Source: a virus
Length of the DNA stretch: 64,000 nt
Virus record (IMG/VR): IMGVR_UViG_3300037468_000371
Span: 1 to 64,000 of that record
Strand: one strand, 5' to 3'
Of this stretch, positions 9,068 through 19,400 are shown piece by piece; positions within the stretch are counted from its first letter, which is position 1; each line of letters starts with the position of its first letter. The notes below the pieces were generated by a model. It ran no database searches. It was given only the letters and a program-made list of their open reading frames with translations, and was not told the origin of the DNA. A program made the position numbers and the translations under genes.

Positions 9068-10179
9068 TGAAGACGGCAAACGAAAAGATTCGCGTGTCCT
9101 CGGCGCAGTTCTACGGGCGCGAGCGCGAGTACGTCCTCGACTGCCTGGACACCCTGGAGCTTTCGGGCGGCGGGATGTCCAAGTACGGACAGCGGCTGGA
9201 GGCGGCGTGGGCGGAGTTCTGTGGCGTCTCCTACGCGGTGTCGTGCTCTTCGGGCACCGCGGCCCTGCACCTCGCGCTTGCGGCGCTCGGCCTTCGCCCG
9301 GGTCAAGGCGTCCTCGTTCCTGCGATCACGTACGTCGCCACGGCCAATGCCGTCTCTTACCTCGGTGGCGTGCCGATCGTCTGCGAAGTCCGCCCCGACA
9401 CGTGGACGCTCGATCCGGCCGATGCGGAGCGGCTGATCCTAGAGGCCAAGCGGGGAGGCCGGGACGTTGCGGGCATGATCCCGGTCCATCTGTACGGTGT
9501 GGTCGCGGACATGACCGCGCTCACAGCGCTCGCGCGCAAGCACGACCTGTGGGTCCTGGAGGACGCAGCCGAGGCGCACGGCGCGATCTACGCGGGCCGG
9601 CGCGCCGGGGCTCTAGGGGACATCGCCGCGTTCAGCTTCTATGGCAACAAGACCCTGACAGCCGGGGAGGGAGGGATTGTCACGACGAACGATCCCAAGC
9701 TCGCCGAGTCTGTCCGAAGCCTTCGCGGTCATGCGATGTCTACGTCCAGGCAGTATTGGCACGACACGGTCGGATACGGCTACCGGATGTCGAACGTCTC
9801 CGCAGCTATCGCGCTGGCGCAGGTCGAAACCTTCTCCGAACATCTCCACCGTCGCATGGGCGTGATGGGCGCGTACCTACACGCGCTCCCTTCCACCTTC
9901 GTGCTCCAGTCCGCGCCGGACGGCACGTCCCCGTGGATGTGTGCAGGGTTGCTTCCACAGGGAGTGTCGCCGACCCGTGTCGCCGAGCAGATGTCGCTGG
10001 GCGGAATCGAGACGCGCCCGGTATTCTTCCCGCTATCCGATATGCCGATGTACCGCTCCACGGCTCCTCATATCGCGGCTGTGATCGCGGCGCGGGGCCT
10101 GTGCCTTCCAACCCATGCGGGCTTGACCCGTGACGACGTTATGCGGGTCGTCGACTCACTGAAGCGGAGCCTGATGTGA
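9067..10179 (+). CDS. DegT/DnrJ/EryC1/StrS PLP aminotransferase (perosamine-synthase-like)
   Basis: SSGTAALHLAL, TYVATANA, VHLYG, EDAAEAHGA, FSFYGNKTLTAGEGG, GLCLP; start at TGATG 9067. Confidence 0.92.
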   Translation: MKTANEKIRVSSAQFYGREREYVLDCLDTLELSGGGMSKYGQRLEAAWAEFCGVSYAVSCSSGTAALHLALAALGLRPGQGVLVPAITYVATANAVSYLGGVPIVCEVRPDTWTLDPADAERLILEAKRGGRDVAGMIPVHLYGVVADMTALTALARKHDLWVLEDAAEAHGAIYAGRRAGALGDIAAFSFYGNKTLTAGEGGIVTTNDPKLAESVRSLRGHAMSTSRQYWHDTVGYGYRMSNVSAAIALAQVETFSEHLHRRMGVMGAYLHALPSTFVLQSAPDGTSPWMCAGLLPQGVSPTRVAEQMSLGGIETRPVFFPLSDMPMYRSTAPHIAAVIAARGLCLPTHAGLTRDDVMRVVDSLKRSLM

Positions 10180-10742
10180 ACATTCCCGAGACTATCGCGT
10201 CATTGCCCGCCGGATCCCTGTGGCAGCATCATGCAGAGTTCATCGCGTTCTGCGAGTGGATCGCCCGCAACGAGATCAAGAGCATCCTCGAGATCGGCAC
10301 GGGCATCGGCGGCTCTGCGTACGTGTTCGGGAAGGCGACCGGCGATGCGCGGATCGTGTCCGTGGACTTCGCCCGGCGCTATGACCCGGACGGTCCGACC
10401 GCCCCAACCCGCAACCCCAACTTCACGCAGATCCTCGGCAACAGCCGCACGGACGAGGCCCAGGCCGCGATCGCGGCGCATGGTCCCTTCGACCTCGTGT
10501 ACTTCGACACGGCGCACCCGTACGAGGAGTGCGTCGACAACTACACCCGCTACGGCCCGATGGCGGCGCGCTACATCGCGCAGCACGACATCAATATGGA
10601 CGAAGAGAATTGGCCGGACGCGGGCATTCCTCGGTTCTGGCGCGAGTTGACGACGAAGCATCGCGTGGTCGCTGAGTTCGTCAACCCGTCGCCCGATCCG
10701 CGCTTCCCGCGCTGGGGCGGGCTTGGCGTGGTGAGCGCATGA
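10176..10742 (+). CDS. Class I SAM methyltransferase (Methyltransf_24-like)
   Basis: ILEIGTGIGGS, FDLVYFDTAHPYE, HDI. Confidence 0.85.
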   Translation: MNIPETIASLPAGSLWQHHAEFIAFCEWIARNEIKSILEIGTGIGGSAYVFGKATGDARIVSVDFARRYDPDGPTAPTRNPNFTQILGNSRTDEAQAAIAAHGPFDLVYFDTAHPYEECVDNYTRYGPMAARYIAQHDINMDEENWPDAGIPRFWRELTTKHRVVAEFVNPSPDPRFPRWGGLGVVSA

Positions 10743-10827
10743 ACATCTCTCCGCGTCGCGTCTACTCGCAGTGCTCGGCGCACGCTGAGCCGACAGCCGA
10801 GCGCGCACGACTGTTCGAGGTGTATCC

Positions 10828-11583
10828 GTGCGCGTGAACATCCGGGTCACAGAGCCCGATATGGGCTGGATCGTCGGTCGCTACGCGCGCGAGCTGGTCA
10901 AGTACCTGCCGCAGTTCGGAATCGACGCGGCGATCAACGACCCGCGCCGCACGGACTTGGAGTACCTCGCCAACGTCTACTTCCCGCCGTCTCGCCGTCC
11001 AGCGGTGGGGCTGTTCGCGCACGATCGCTTCCATCTCGCCCCCGAGTTCGACGGGCACATCGCCCTGAACCCGCACGTCGCCGACACGCTGCGCTCGTCC
11101 GGGGCGGCGAACCCGGTGGTCATCGAGCAGGCCGTGGACGAGTGCTACGTCACGAAGACAAAGGCGTCGACGGTGTTCGGCGTAGCGGGTAGCGTCAAGC
11201 GCGACAATCGTAAGGGGCAGGATCTCGTCGAGCGCATGGTCGAGGAAGGCTACAACATCATCGCGTGGGGCTCCGGCTGGCCGTGCCCGATCTTCAGCGA
11301 CCGGATCGAGCTGCTCCATGAGTTCTACAGCCAGCTCGACTACTACGTCGTCACGTCGCGGCTGGAGGGCGGCTGCACGCCGATCATCGAGTGCTTCGCC
11401 TGCGGCGTGCCGGTCATCAGCCCAAAGACCGGGTTCGCCATTCGCCGCCCCGTGATGGCCTACGAAGCCGGCGACTGGGACAGCCTGCACTCCGTTTTGC
11501 GCTTCGTCACCGAGCATAAGACCTACGAGAGCTTCGCGAGCGACCACGCGGCCTACTTTCGCGCCGTGCTGGAGGGGCTGTGA
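10828..11583 (+). CDS. Glycosyltransferase, GT-B/GT4-like
   Basis: RKG, FYSQLDYYVVTSRLEGGCTPIIECFACGVPVIS (EX7E). Confidence 0.85.
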   Translation: MRVNIRVTEPDMGWIVGRYARELVKYLPQFGIDAAINDPRRTDLEYLANVYFPPSRRPAVGLFAHDRFHLAPEFDGHIALNPHVADTLRSSGAANPVVIEQAVDECYVTKTKASTVFGVAGSVKRDNRKGQDLVERMVEEGYNIIAWGSGWPCPIFSDRIELLHEFYSQLDYYVVTSRLEGGCTPIIECFACGVPVISPKTGFAIRRPVMAYEAGDWDSLHSVLRFVTEHKTYESFASDHAAYFRAVLEGL

Positions 11584-12089
11584 ACGTCACTGCCGTCCTG
11601 ATCACGCGCGAGCGGGCATATCCGCAGGACATCAGGGTCGACTTCCCGTTCGACGAGGTACTGGTCGAGACGAGCTGTCCGAACGTCCGCCGGCGCTACG
11701 AGCTGGCGCTTCGGGCAAAGAGCGACGTGATCTACACGCAGGACGATGACGCCGAGATCGACATCCCAGCGCTGTGGGCGCACTACGACGGGAGACTCAC
11801 GAACGCGATCACGCCCTACCATCGCGACGTCTACGCGCCGACCGGCATGACGCTCGTCGGCTGGGGCTGCTTTTTCCCGAAGTTGCTGATCGACTTCTCT
11901 CGGTGGGAGGCACGGTACGGCGAGGTCGACGAGGTCGAAGCCGACCGGATCTTCACCTACCTCGCGCAGCCGCACAACACCGTCGTCATGCCAATCGCAG
12001 AGCACAAGCGTCGCGAGCAGCTCTGCCAGCGGCCCGATCACTACCCGGCGCGCGATCGCATTCTGGCGAAGCTGAGGGCGCTTCGATGA
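11580..12089 (+). CDS. Small GT-A fold glycosyltransferase
   Basis: SDVIYTQDDD (DxD), LVGWGCFF, EADRIFT. Confidence 0.7.
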   Translation: MNVTAVLITRERAYPQDIRVDFPFDEVLVETSCPNVRRRYELALRAKSDVIYTQDDDAEIDIPALWAHYDGRLTNAITPYHRDVYAPTGMTLVGWGCFFPKLLIDFSRWEARYGEVDEVEADRIFTYLAQPHNTVVMPIAEHKRREQLCQRPDHYPARDRILAKLRALR

Positions 12090-12943
12090 AGGTAGCGGTC
12101 GCCATCGAGACGAAGGATCGCCGGATCCCGAACTGGATGTCTACTGGAGGCGAGAACTACCTCGGCCAGACGCTGAACAACCTCGGGCGTAGCGGCTTCT
12201 GGTCGTCTCCGTATCTGCACTCGCTTCAGATTGTAGGCGGTGGCGAGCTTTCCGGATTCTGGGACGAACAGGTCCGCCCGTTTGTCCCGGCGGGCGCGCC
12301 GTTCGCGCTCCACGAGTGCCCGCCCGGGGGGCGCACCCGTCAGCAGAACGGGGCGATGGCGATCCGTGTCGCCGCCGAGACGGATGCCGACATCGTTCTC
12401 AAGCTGGAAGACGACCTCGACTTCTGTCACGACTTCCTAGGCAGCGCCGTGCGCTGGCTGTCAGACGTGCTCAGTGAGCGCGGGGTCTGCTTCTACGCGC
12501 TGGCCGCTCCGTTCCAGGCTTTCAGCGAGGCCCGCTACGCCCGCGAGGATGAGTACGTCGGAGGTCCTGGCAAGTCCTTTCCGTTCATTCGGGGCCTGAT
12601 GCAGAAAGGCGTGAACTTCGCCCGCCATCCGGCCGAAGCATTTTGGGCTGCGCAGGCGATCGCGTTCCGCCGGCACCGAGCGCTGGAGCTGGTCAAGTGG
12701 CTGGGCGACGACCCGTGCTACCGTAGCAGGCACCCCGAGTCGCTCCGCAAGACGGGGCACGACCTGCTACTCGGATTGTGGGCAAAGTCCGCCGGAGAAG
12801 TGATCGGCGCGGCCGTTCCGTCGTTTGTGCAGCACATCGGGAGACAGTCAAGCATCTCGTCGCGCGGCCGGTTCTTTCAGTTCCCGTGGCCGGGGCGCGA
12901 GTGGTCCTATGCAGGCAGGCAGACAGAGGAGGCCACCGCATGA
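12086..12943 (+). CDS. GT-A fold glycosyltransferase
   Basis: ATGA overlap; YLGQTL, VLKLEDDLDF, PSFVQHIG. Confidence 0.75.
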   Translation: MKVAVAIETKDRRIPNWMSTGGENYLGQTLNNLGRSGFWSSPYLHSLQIVGGGELSGFWDEQVRPFVPAGAPFALHECPPGGRTRQQNGAMAIRVAAETDADIVLKLEDDLDFCHDFLGSAVRWLSDVLSERGVCFYALAAPFQAFSEARYAREDEYVGGPGKSFPFIRGLMQKGVNFARHPAEAFWAAQAIAFRRHRALELVKWLGDDPCYRSRHPESLRKTGHDLLLGLWAKSAGEVIGAAVPSFVQHIGRQSSISSRGRFFQFPWPGREWSYAGRQTEEATA

Positions 12944-14163
12944 AAGTCCTATGGAACGGAGACGCCGTAGTCTCCAGCGGCTTCGCCCGCTGCACTCACG
13001 CCGTGTGCGACGAGCTCGCTCGGCGCGGTCACGAGGTCACGGTGCTGGGGATCAACTACTACGGTGACCCGCACCCGTACCCGTATCCGATCTACCCGTG
13101 TCGGCATCCGTTCGCGAGCGCGCGCGATCTGTTCGGCGTGGATCGGCTGCCCCGGTTGATCCATGAGCTGGGGCCGGACGTGGTTGTGCTGCTGAACGAC
13201 CCGTGGAACGTCCCGGCCTATCTGGACATGCTCGCGGCCGTCCGCGATCTGAACGAGGGATTCCCGCAGCCTCTGATGGCGGCGTGGCTGGCCGTGGACG
13301 GCAAGAACCAGAAGGACTCCGACCGGCTCGATGAGCTGGACGCCGTAGCGGTGTGGACCGAGTTCGGCGCCCGCGAGCTGAAGGCCGGCGGATACACGGG
13401 CGAGCCGGCCGTGATCCAACTCGGTGTGGACCTGGAGCGGTTCGGCCCCCGGTCGAAGGCCGAGGCGCGCCGGCTGCTGATGCCCGAGAGCCTTCCGGAC
13501 GATGCGTTCATCGTTGGCGCCGTGGGCCGAAACCAGCCGCGCAAGCGCCTGGACCTGACCATCGCCTACTTCGCCGAGTGGGTCCGCCGCGGCCAGCACG
13601 AGAACGCCTACCTCTACCTGCACGTCGGGCCTACGGGTGATACGGGCTGCGACATCCGGTCGCTCGTCAAGTACTATGGCATCAACGGCCGGGTGTTCAT
13701 CGGCGCGCCGCCGATCGGCTCAGGGATCCCCGAGCAGAACATGCCGGACGTGTACTCGGCCATGGACGTCTACATCTCTACGAGCCAGGGCGAGGGATGG
13801 GGCCTGACGGCGCTGGAGGCGATGGCGTGCGGTGTCCCCTGCATCCTTCCCCGCTGGTCGGCCTATGCCGACTGGTCCGGGCGCGGCGAGGCTGTTCTCG
13901 TGCCGTGTCATGAAACGGCGCTGACGGCGCCGATGAACGGCCTGATGCACACGGTTGGCGGCGTGCCCGACCGGCGGACCTTCATCGCGGAGCTGGAGAC
14001 GATGTACAGCTCCGAGGTCACGCGGCGGACCTACTCGCGGCGCGGTCTGCGGCTCGCGGCCGAGTATCCGTGGAGCCGCTCGGCAGCCGAGATGGCAGAC
14101 TTCCTCGAAAAGCAGGTAGAGTCCAAGCGGCAGCAGAAGCCGGCGGAGGAGGTCATCGTCTGA
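12940..14163 (+). CDS. Glycosyltransferase family 4
   Basis: SGFARCT, VGRNQPRKRLD, YSAMDVYISTSQGEGWGLTALEAMACGVP. Confidence 0.92.
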   Translation: MKVLWNGDAVVSSGFARCTHAVCDELARRGHEVTVLGINYYGDPHPYPYPIYPCRHPFASARDLFGVDRLPRLIHELGPDVVVLLNDPWNVPAYLDMLAAVRDLNEGFPQPLMAAWLAVDGKNQKDSDRLDELDAVAVWTEFGARELKAGGYTGEPAVIQLGVDLERFGPRSKAEARRLLMPESLPDDAFIVGAVGRNQPRKRLDLTIAYFAEWVRRGQHENAYLYLHVGPTGDTGCDIRSLVKYYGINGRVFIGAPPIGSGIPEQNMPDVYSAMDVYISTSQGEGWGLTALEAMACGVPCILPRWSAYADWSGRGEAVLVPCHETALTAPMNGLMHTVGGVPDRRTFIAELETMYSSEVTRRTYSRRGLRLAAEYPWSRSAAEMADFLEKQVESKRQQKPAEEVIV

Positions 14164-14711
14164 TGGCAGGGTATACGCCCACGGCCCCGATCCTCATCGA
14201 GTTCAATCTCGGCGGTTCCCGCGAGATGAAGGCGGCGCTCGCGGCCCTGGATGGCGAGATTCGCCAGCGGGCCGCGGCGGCGTTGCGCCTAGAGGCCGAT
14301 CAGATCATTCGGAATGCGAAGGATAAGTACGTCCCGGTCGATCTCGGGAACCTGAAGAACTCGGGCCGCGTGGAGGCCCCGGCGTCGAAGGGCAAGGAGA
14401 TCTCGGTTGCGATGCACTTCGGCCTCGGGATTCCGCGGCCGTATGCCGAGGCGATCCACGAGTACCCGACCGCTCACCAGCCGCCGTCGTGGGTCGGCAA
14501 GGACGTGCATTTCAAGCCCGCCGGAACCGGGGCGAAGTACCTGGAGCGCCCGATGAAGGAGCAGTTCAAGGGCATGTCCATACGGCTGAAGAAGGCGATC
14601 TTCTCTACGGTGCGGTTGCCCGGGGTCCACCTGCGCCACTCGGGCGGCGGCGCGATCGGCCAAGCCCCGCCGCAGCCCGGCGGCGCCGCCGGAGAAGGCT
14701 CCATGCCATGA
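14163..14711 (+). CDS. HK97 gp10-like neck/tail component
   Basis: VPVDLGNLKNSG, YAEAIHE, AKYLERP. Confidence 0.8.
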   Translation: MAGYTPTAPILIEFNLGGSREMKAALAALDGEIRQRAAAALRLEADQIIRNAKDKYVPVDLGNLKNSGRVEAPASKGKEISVAMHFGLGIPRPYAEAIHEYPTAHQPPSWVGKDVHFKPAGTGAKYLERPMKEQFKGMSIRLKKAIFSTVRLPGVHLRHSGGGAIGQAPPQPGGAAGEGSMP

Positions 14712-15136
14712 TCCGCCGCTACGTCGAAGTGCTCGCAGCGCAGCGGCCGTTCCCGGTCGGTCTGGACGAAGAGCGCCGCGCGATATTCTCGTGCAACTAC
14801 GATGGACTCGTCACGGCGCCCGCGTGGGTCAGCTCGGGCGCGGTGAATACCAGCTTCGAAGAGGACATCGCTATGTTCATCACGAGCGCCGGGCTCGGTG
14901 TCCTCGGGAGCAGCCTGTACATCGGCCCGCTGGCCCTCCTGCAACCGGGCGCCGGGCCGTACACGACGTTGATCGATACAGGCGGCGCTCAGCCGGTCGA
15001 AACGCATGATGGCGCGCTGTACGAGCGCATCTCGTTTCAAGTTCTTGTCCGGGGCGCCTCTTACGCAGCAGCCCGCGGCCGGGCGCTGGCCATCTGGTCG
15101 GCGCTGGACGGCTTGCGGAACGTGACCGTGGCCTAG
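14708..15136 (+). CDS. Tail terminator/completion protein
   Basis: DTGG...FQVLVRGASYAAARGRALAIWSALDG; precedes the tail tube gene. Confidence 0.75.
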   Translation: MIRRYVEVLAAQRPFPVGLDEERRAIFSCNYDGLVTAPAWVSSGAVNTSFEEDIAMFITSAGLGVLGSSLYIGPLALLQPGAGPYTTLIDTGGAQPVETHDGALYERISFQVLVRGASYAAARGRALAIWSALDGLRNVTVA

Positions 15137-15166
15137 CAATAGGGCCACACAGCAGAGGAGAAAACG

Positions 15167-15634
15167 ATGTCTCAGGCAGTGGCAGGCCACGGCGCGACGA
15201 TCGCGATCGAGCTGGATCCGACCGGCTCCGCCGGCACTTTCACCGTCGTCGCCGAGCTGAACGGCGACATCACCTGGCCGGAGCTGAACCGTCCCGAGAC
15301 GGAGACGACCCCGCACCAGGACACGATCGACGACTGGGTTCTCGGCCGCCTTGGCCGCGGGCCGTTGACCTTCTCGGTCAACTACATCTTCGACGACTCG
15401 ACCCACGACGCCTCGACGGGCCTGTACTCGAAGATCGTGTCGAACGAGCTGTTCGGCATCCGCATGCGCGGCCCGGCGGGCACGACCGACTCGGACGAGT
15501 GGATCGCCTCGGGTCACGTGCAGGCGATCACCCAGGTCGCTCCAGTCCGCGAGGGTGTCCGCTCCAGCGACGTCACCATCCGGCTCCGGAAGGCGATGAA
15601 GATCGACGGCGCGCTCATCGGCACTTCCATCTGA
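15167..15634 (+). CDS. Major tail tube protein
   Basis: 155 aa; GHGATIAI...TETTPH...LTFSVNY; GAGGAG RBS; upstream of chaperone and tape measure. Confidence 0.8.
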   Translation: MSQAVAGHGATIAIELDPTGSAGTFTVVAELNGDITWPELNRPETETTPHQDTIDDWVLGRLGRGPLTFSVNYIFDDSTHDASTGLYSKIVSNELFGIRMRGPAGTTDSDEWIASGHVQAITQVAPVREGVRSSDVTIRLRKAMKIDGALIGTSI

Positions 15635-15668
15635 ACCAACGGCAACTAGAGAACTAGGAGACAATGAC

Positions 15669-16100
15669 ATGGCACCCAGCAAGAAGACAGGCACCGTAGC
15701 AACGACGGCGGCACTGACGGCCGAAGACCTCCTCTCGTTCAACGAGAGCTCGCGCAAGATGCTCGAGATCCCCGAGCTGCCCAAGGACGGCCGCCCGGGT
15801 GTGGTGTGGCTCCAGCCGCTCACGGCGGGTCAGGTCATGGACTTCGCCGCCCGGCAGGCGGACAACATGACCGAGGCTGAGAAGAGCCAGGCGATGCTCG
15901 AGATGATCGCCCGGGCCGTGGTCGATCAGAACGGCCAGCAGCTCTTCTCCGAGGAGCAGGTCGGTCGCCTGCGGGACATGTCGATGGCGGTGTTCTCGCG
16001 GCTGACCGCGGCCGTCAACGAGCTGACCGGCGTGGGTAAGAGGGTCGAGGCGGGAAAAGATTCGAGCGCGACGGCCTCCGGCGATTCGCCTTCCGCCTAG
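15669..16100 (+). CDS. Tail assembly chaperone (gpG-like)
   Basis: Position; VWLQPLT...VVDQNGQQLFS; slippery site near the 3' end. Confidence 0.85.
   Translation: MAPSKKTGTVATTAALTAEDLLSFNESSRKMLEIPELPKDGRPGVVWLQPLTAGQVMDFAARQADNMTEAEKSQAMLEMIARAVVDQNGQQLFSEEQVGRLRDMSMAVFSRLTAAVNELTGVGKRVEAGKDSSATASGDSPSA
16052..16058 (+). promoter_or_regulatory. -1 programmed frameshift slippery heptamer G GGA AAA
   Basis: X XXY YYZ in the correct phase; the -1 frame is open from 16058 (RFERDGLRRFAFRLAL...) to 16426. Confidence 0.85.
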
Positions 16101-16426
16101 CGCTCACCATCGGGGAGGTTGATGTGGACTCAATGCTGGCGCGCCTTTCCTGGGATCAGTTCCTGGAGTGGGCCGCCTTTGCCGAGATCGAACCCTTCGG
16201 CGAAGAGCGGGCTGATTGGCGCGCTGGCATGGTAGCCTCGGTGATCGCTAACGTCAACCGCGACCCGAAGAAGGGCAAGCCGTTCGGCCCGCGGGATTTC
16301 ATGCCCGACTTCTCGTCGTCGAAGAAGGCGGCCACCGGGAGTCGTGAGCCGCTCATGAGCGGGAAGGCTTGGGGTGAAGCGAAGTCGATGGCTCGTATCT
16401 ATGCCGCCGCGGCGGGGGTGAACTGA
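16058..16426 (+). CDS. Tail chaperone frameshift extension (gpGT-like)
   Basis: FLEWAAFAEIEPFGEERADWRAGMVASVIAN...DFMP. Confidence 0.85.
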   Translation, partial: RFERDGLRRFAFRLALTIGEVDVDSMLARLSWDQFLEWAAFAEIEPFGEERADWRAGMVASVIANVNRDPKKGKPFGPRDFMPDFSSSKKAATGSREPLMSGKAWGEAKSMARIYAAAAGVN

Positions 16427-16428
16427 CA

Positions 16429-19400
16429 ATGCAGCTCGGCCCCATCAAAGGCTACCTCCAGCTCGTTGATCAGTTCACGCAACCGCTGGCGAAGATCCGG
16501 ACGCAGCTCTCGGCCTTCGAAAAGAGCCTTGGCAAGATAGGGCAGATCGGGATGCTGCATGAGATGTCCACGACTCAGCTCGTGACACTCACTGCGGGCT
16601 TCACGGGTCTGTCCGTTGCGGTGGGTGCAGCGATCCGCACCAGCGCGGACTTCGAGAAGTCGATGGACGCGGTCGGTGCGATCGCCGAAGCCTCGGGCAT
16701 GCAGCTGGAGATGATGTCGAATGCGGCCATGGCCCTTGGCCGCGGCGCGCAGTTCTCTGCGAATGAAGTGGCTCAGGGCATGGAGGACATGGCCCGGGCC
16801 GGCTACACCGTGCAGCAGACGATCGATGTGATGCCCGTGGCCCTGAACCTTGCCACGGCGGCTCAGGAGAAGCTCGGGCACACTTCGATGATCCTGGCGC
16901 GCTCGCTCGCCACTTTCGGAATCGAAGCGACGAACGCATCGAGCGCGGCGGACGCGCTGACCTCCGCAGCCAACGCAACGAACACGTCGATCTCGGGCCT
17001 GGCGACCGGTCTCCGCTACGTGGGTCCCGTGGCGGCCTTGGCCGGGATCTCGATCCAGGAAACGACGGCCGCGATGGGTGTGCTGGCCGACTCGGGCATG
17101 GACGCTTCCATGTCCGGCACGGGCCTTCGCCGCATCTTCTCGGAGCTGGTAGATCCGACCAAGGCTGCTAAGAAGGCGTTGGCCGACATGGGCCTGACGC
17201 TACAGGACGTCGATCTGCCCACCAAGGGGATCATCGGAGTCCTGGAGCAGCTCCGCTACGGGTTCATGGCGCTCCCGAACGATACGGAGCGGGCGGGCGC
17301 TGCGTTCAAGATCTTCGGCGATCGCGGCGCGCCCGCGATGCTGGCCCTAACGAACAACTTGGATCGTTTGCGGCAAGTCACGGAGGAGGTAGCCAACAGC
17401 GCTGGCGTCACAGCGAAGGTCGCGGGCGCGATGGTCGACAACCTCGCGGGCGACTTCACGAAGCTCAAGAACAACCTCAACGACGTTCTTCTCGGCATGG
17501 GCGGCCAGATGAACGACGGCGTTCGCAAGCTGGTTCAGTCGATGACTGATCTGGTCATTGCGATGAAGCCCTTGCTTGAGTTCACCGGGGAACTCGTTGG
17601 CCGATTCGCGGAGTTCTTGTCGGTCATTGTCGAGTTCATCGAAAAGGGCGCCGTCCCGCTCAAGATGGCCATCGTCGCGTTGGTGGCGAGCGCGATGATG
17701 CCACTGATCACGGTGTGGTCGCAGTTCCTCACGATGGTCATCGTGTTCGGGGCGCAGGCGATCGCCGCGACCGGCGCTCTCGCCGCGCTGACGGCCGGAG
17801 TCACGGCGCTCGGGCACGCCATCAAGGCTGCGTTCATGAACAACCCGATCGGCATTCTCCTGGTCGCGTTGTCTACCCTGGCGGTGTACCTGTACGAGCG
17901 GTGGAAGAAGTCCATCGCCGAGTCGGATAAGGCCATCGCCGAGATGGCGCGGCTGTCGGACGCGGCCGCCAGTTTCCGTACGACCATGCAGAAGGCGCTG
18001 GCGACGCCGGCCGAGATTCACCTCATCGACGTAGAGGCTGCGCAAAGGGAATTCCAGGCCATCGCGGCAGCGTTCAAGGCGTTCACCGAGAAGATGGCCG
18101 CCGAGAAGGCCAGGACCGGAATGCTCTCGCCCGAGACTCTGCAGGAGTACAGGCGCCTGTCCGATCTGCTCGAGATGACTGCCCGCTGGATGGGAGTCGT
18201 CACGGACGCGTACGACGCGAACGCCGGCGCCCTTGAGCGGAAGAGGGTCGAGGAGCTGCAAGCGAAGCAGGCCACGGCAGCCCACGCCGAAGAAGTCGAG
18301 AAGATGCTGCCGAAGCTGGAGTCGCTCATCGGCAAGTACGACAAGGTCTACGCAGCGAGCATTGACCTCAGGGATGCGCAAGAGCTGCTGACGGAAGCGA
18401 TGGGCCTCGGGATTGTCGACGCGGCCGAGAAGCAGCAGGAGGTCATCGCGGCCGCCGTCATCGAGATGGCGAAGGCCTACGCCGAGGCCGGGAATCTGAA
18501 GAAGGGCCTGGAGTTCCTCGACAACGCCTTCGCTCTCGGTATCTTGGAGATGGAGCAGTACAACTACGGGATGTACGAGGTCGTCTCCGCGACTGAAGAG
18601 GGCAAGGAGGCAATCAAGCGGGTAGAGAAGGCGCAGAAGGACCTGAAGAAATCCACCAAGGAGCTAAACGAGGAGCAGCAGAGGCTCGCGGATGAGTCAA
18701 TCGCGAAGCTCGTCGATGCGTTCGAGAAACTGAACGAGCTGGAGGTAAAGGCCGCGAACGACATGGCGCTCGTCGAAGCTGCCAAGCAGGGCGCGGCGGC
18801 GCTGCGGGAAGTTTCGATCGAGCTCGCAGTGCAGGAGTTCATGCTCAGCGCTGAGGTCAGAAAGCTCAACCTGAACGCTGAGGCTTGGGAGCAATATGCG
18901 GCGCGGGTCAGGGCGGCGATGACCCTGTCGTACGACGCCAGGAACCTGTCGGTCTCGGACAAGCTCGCGACGGAGCTGGAGGAGTTCAAGGAACAGGTTG
19001 ACGAGATCCTGATTCGCGGCATACAGAGTTCGATGCAGGGTCTGTTCACGGACTTGATGAAGGGAAGCGAAGACGCGTTCGAGAACTTCGTCGACAGCAT
19101 GAAGAACCTGTTCATCGAACTGATCGCCGAATACCTCGCCCGCATGATCGCTGCCCAGCTCGCTGCTCATGTTCAGCAGATGGCGTTGATCATGAGGGAG
19201 ACAGAGGCGCGGGCTGCCGGCGCGGCCGTCGGCGGTGGCGCGGGCGGCGGCGTCGGGGGCCTCTTGGGCGGCGGCGGCAGCCTTTCCAGCATCAGTGACA
19301 TCGTGGGGCTCGTCGGGGCGATCGTCCCTGTGCTCGCGGTGGCTGTCGTTGCGATCGCGGTTCTGGCGAATCAAGTTCAGAAGGCCAAGGAGAGGAATCG

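Noticed and set aside
10739-10837. 32-codon ORF bridging the MTase and GT genes
   Set aside because: Too short to support; at most a coupling peptide.
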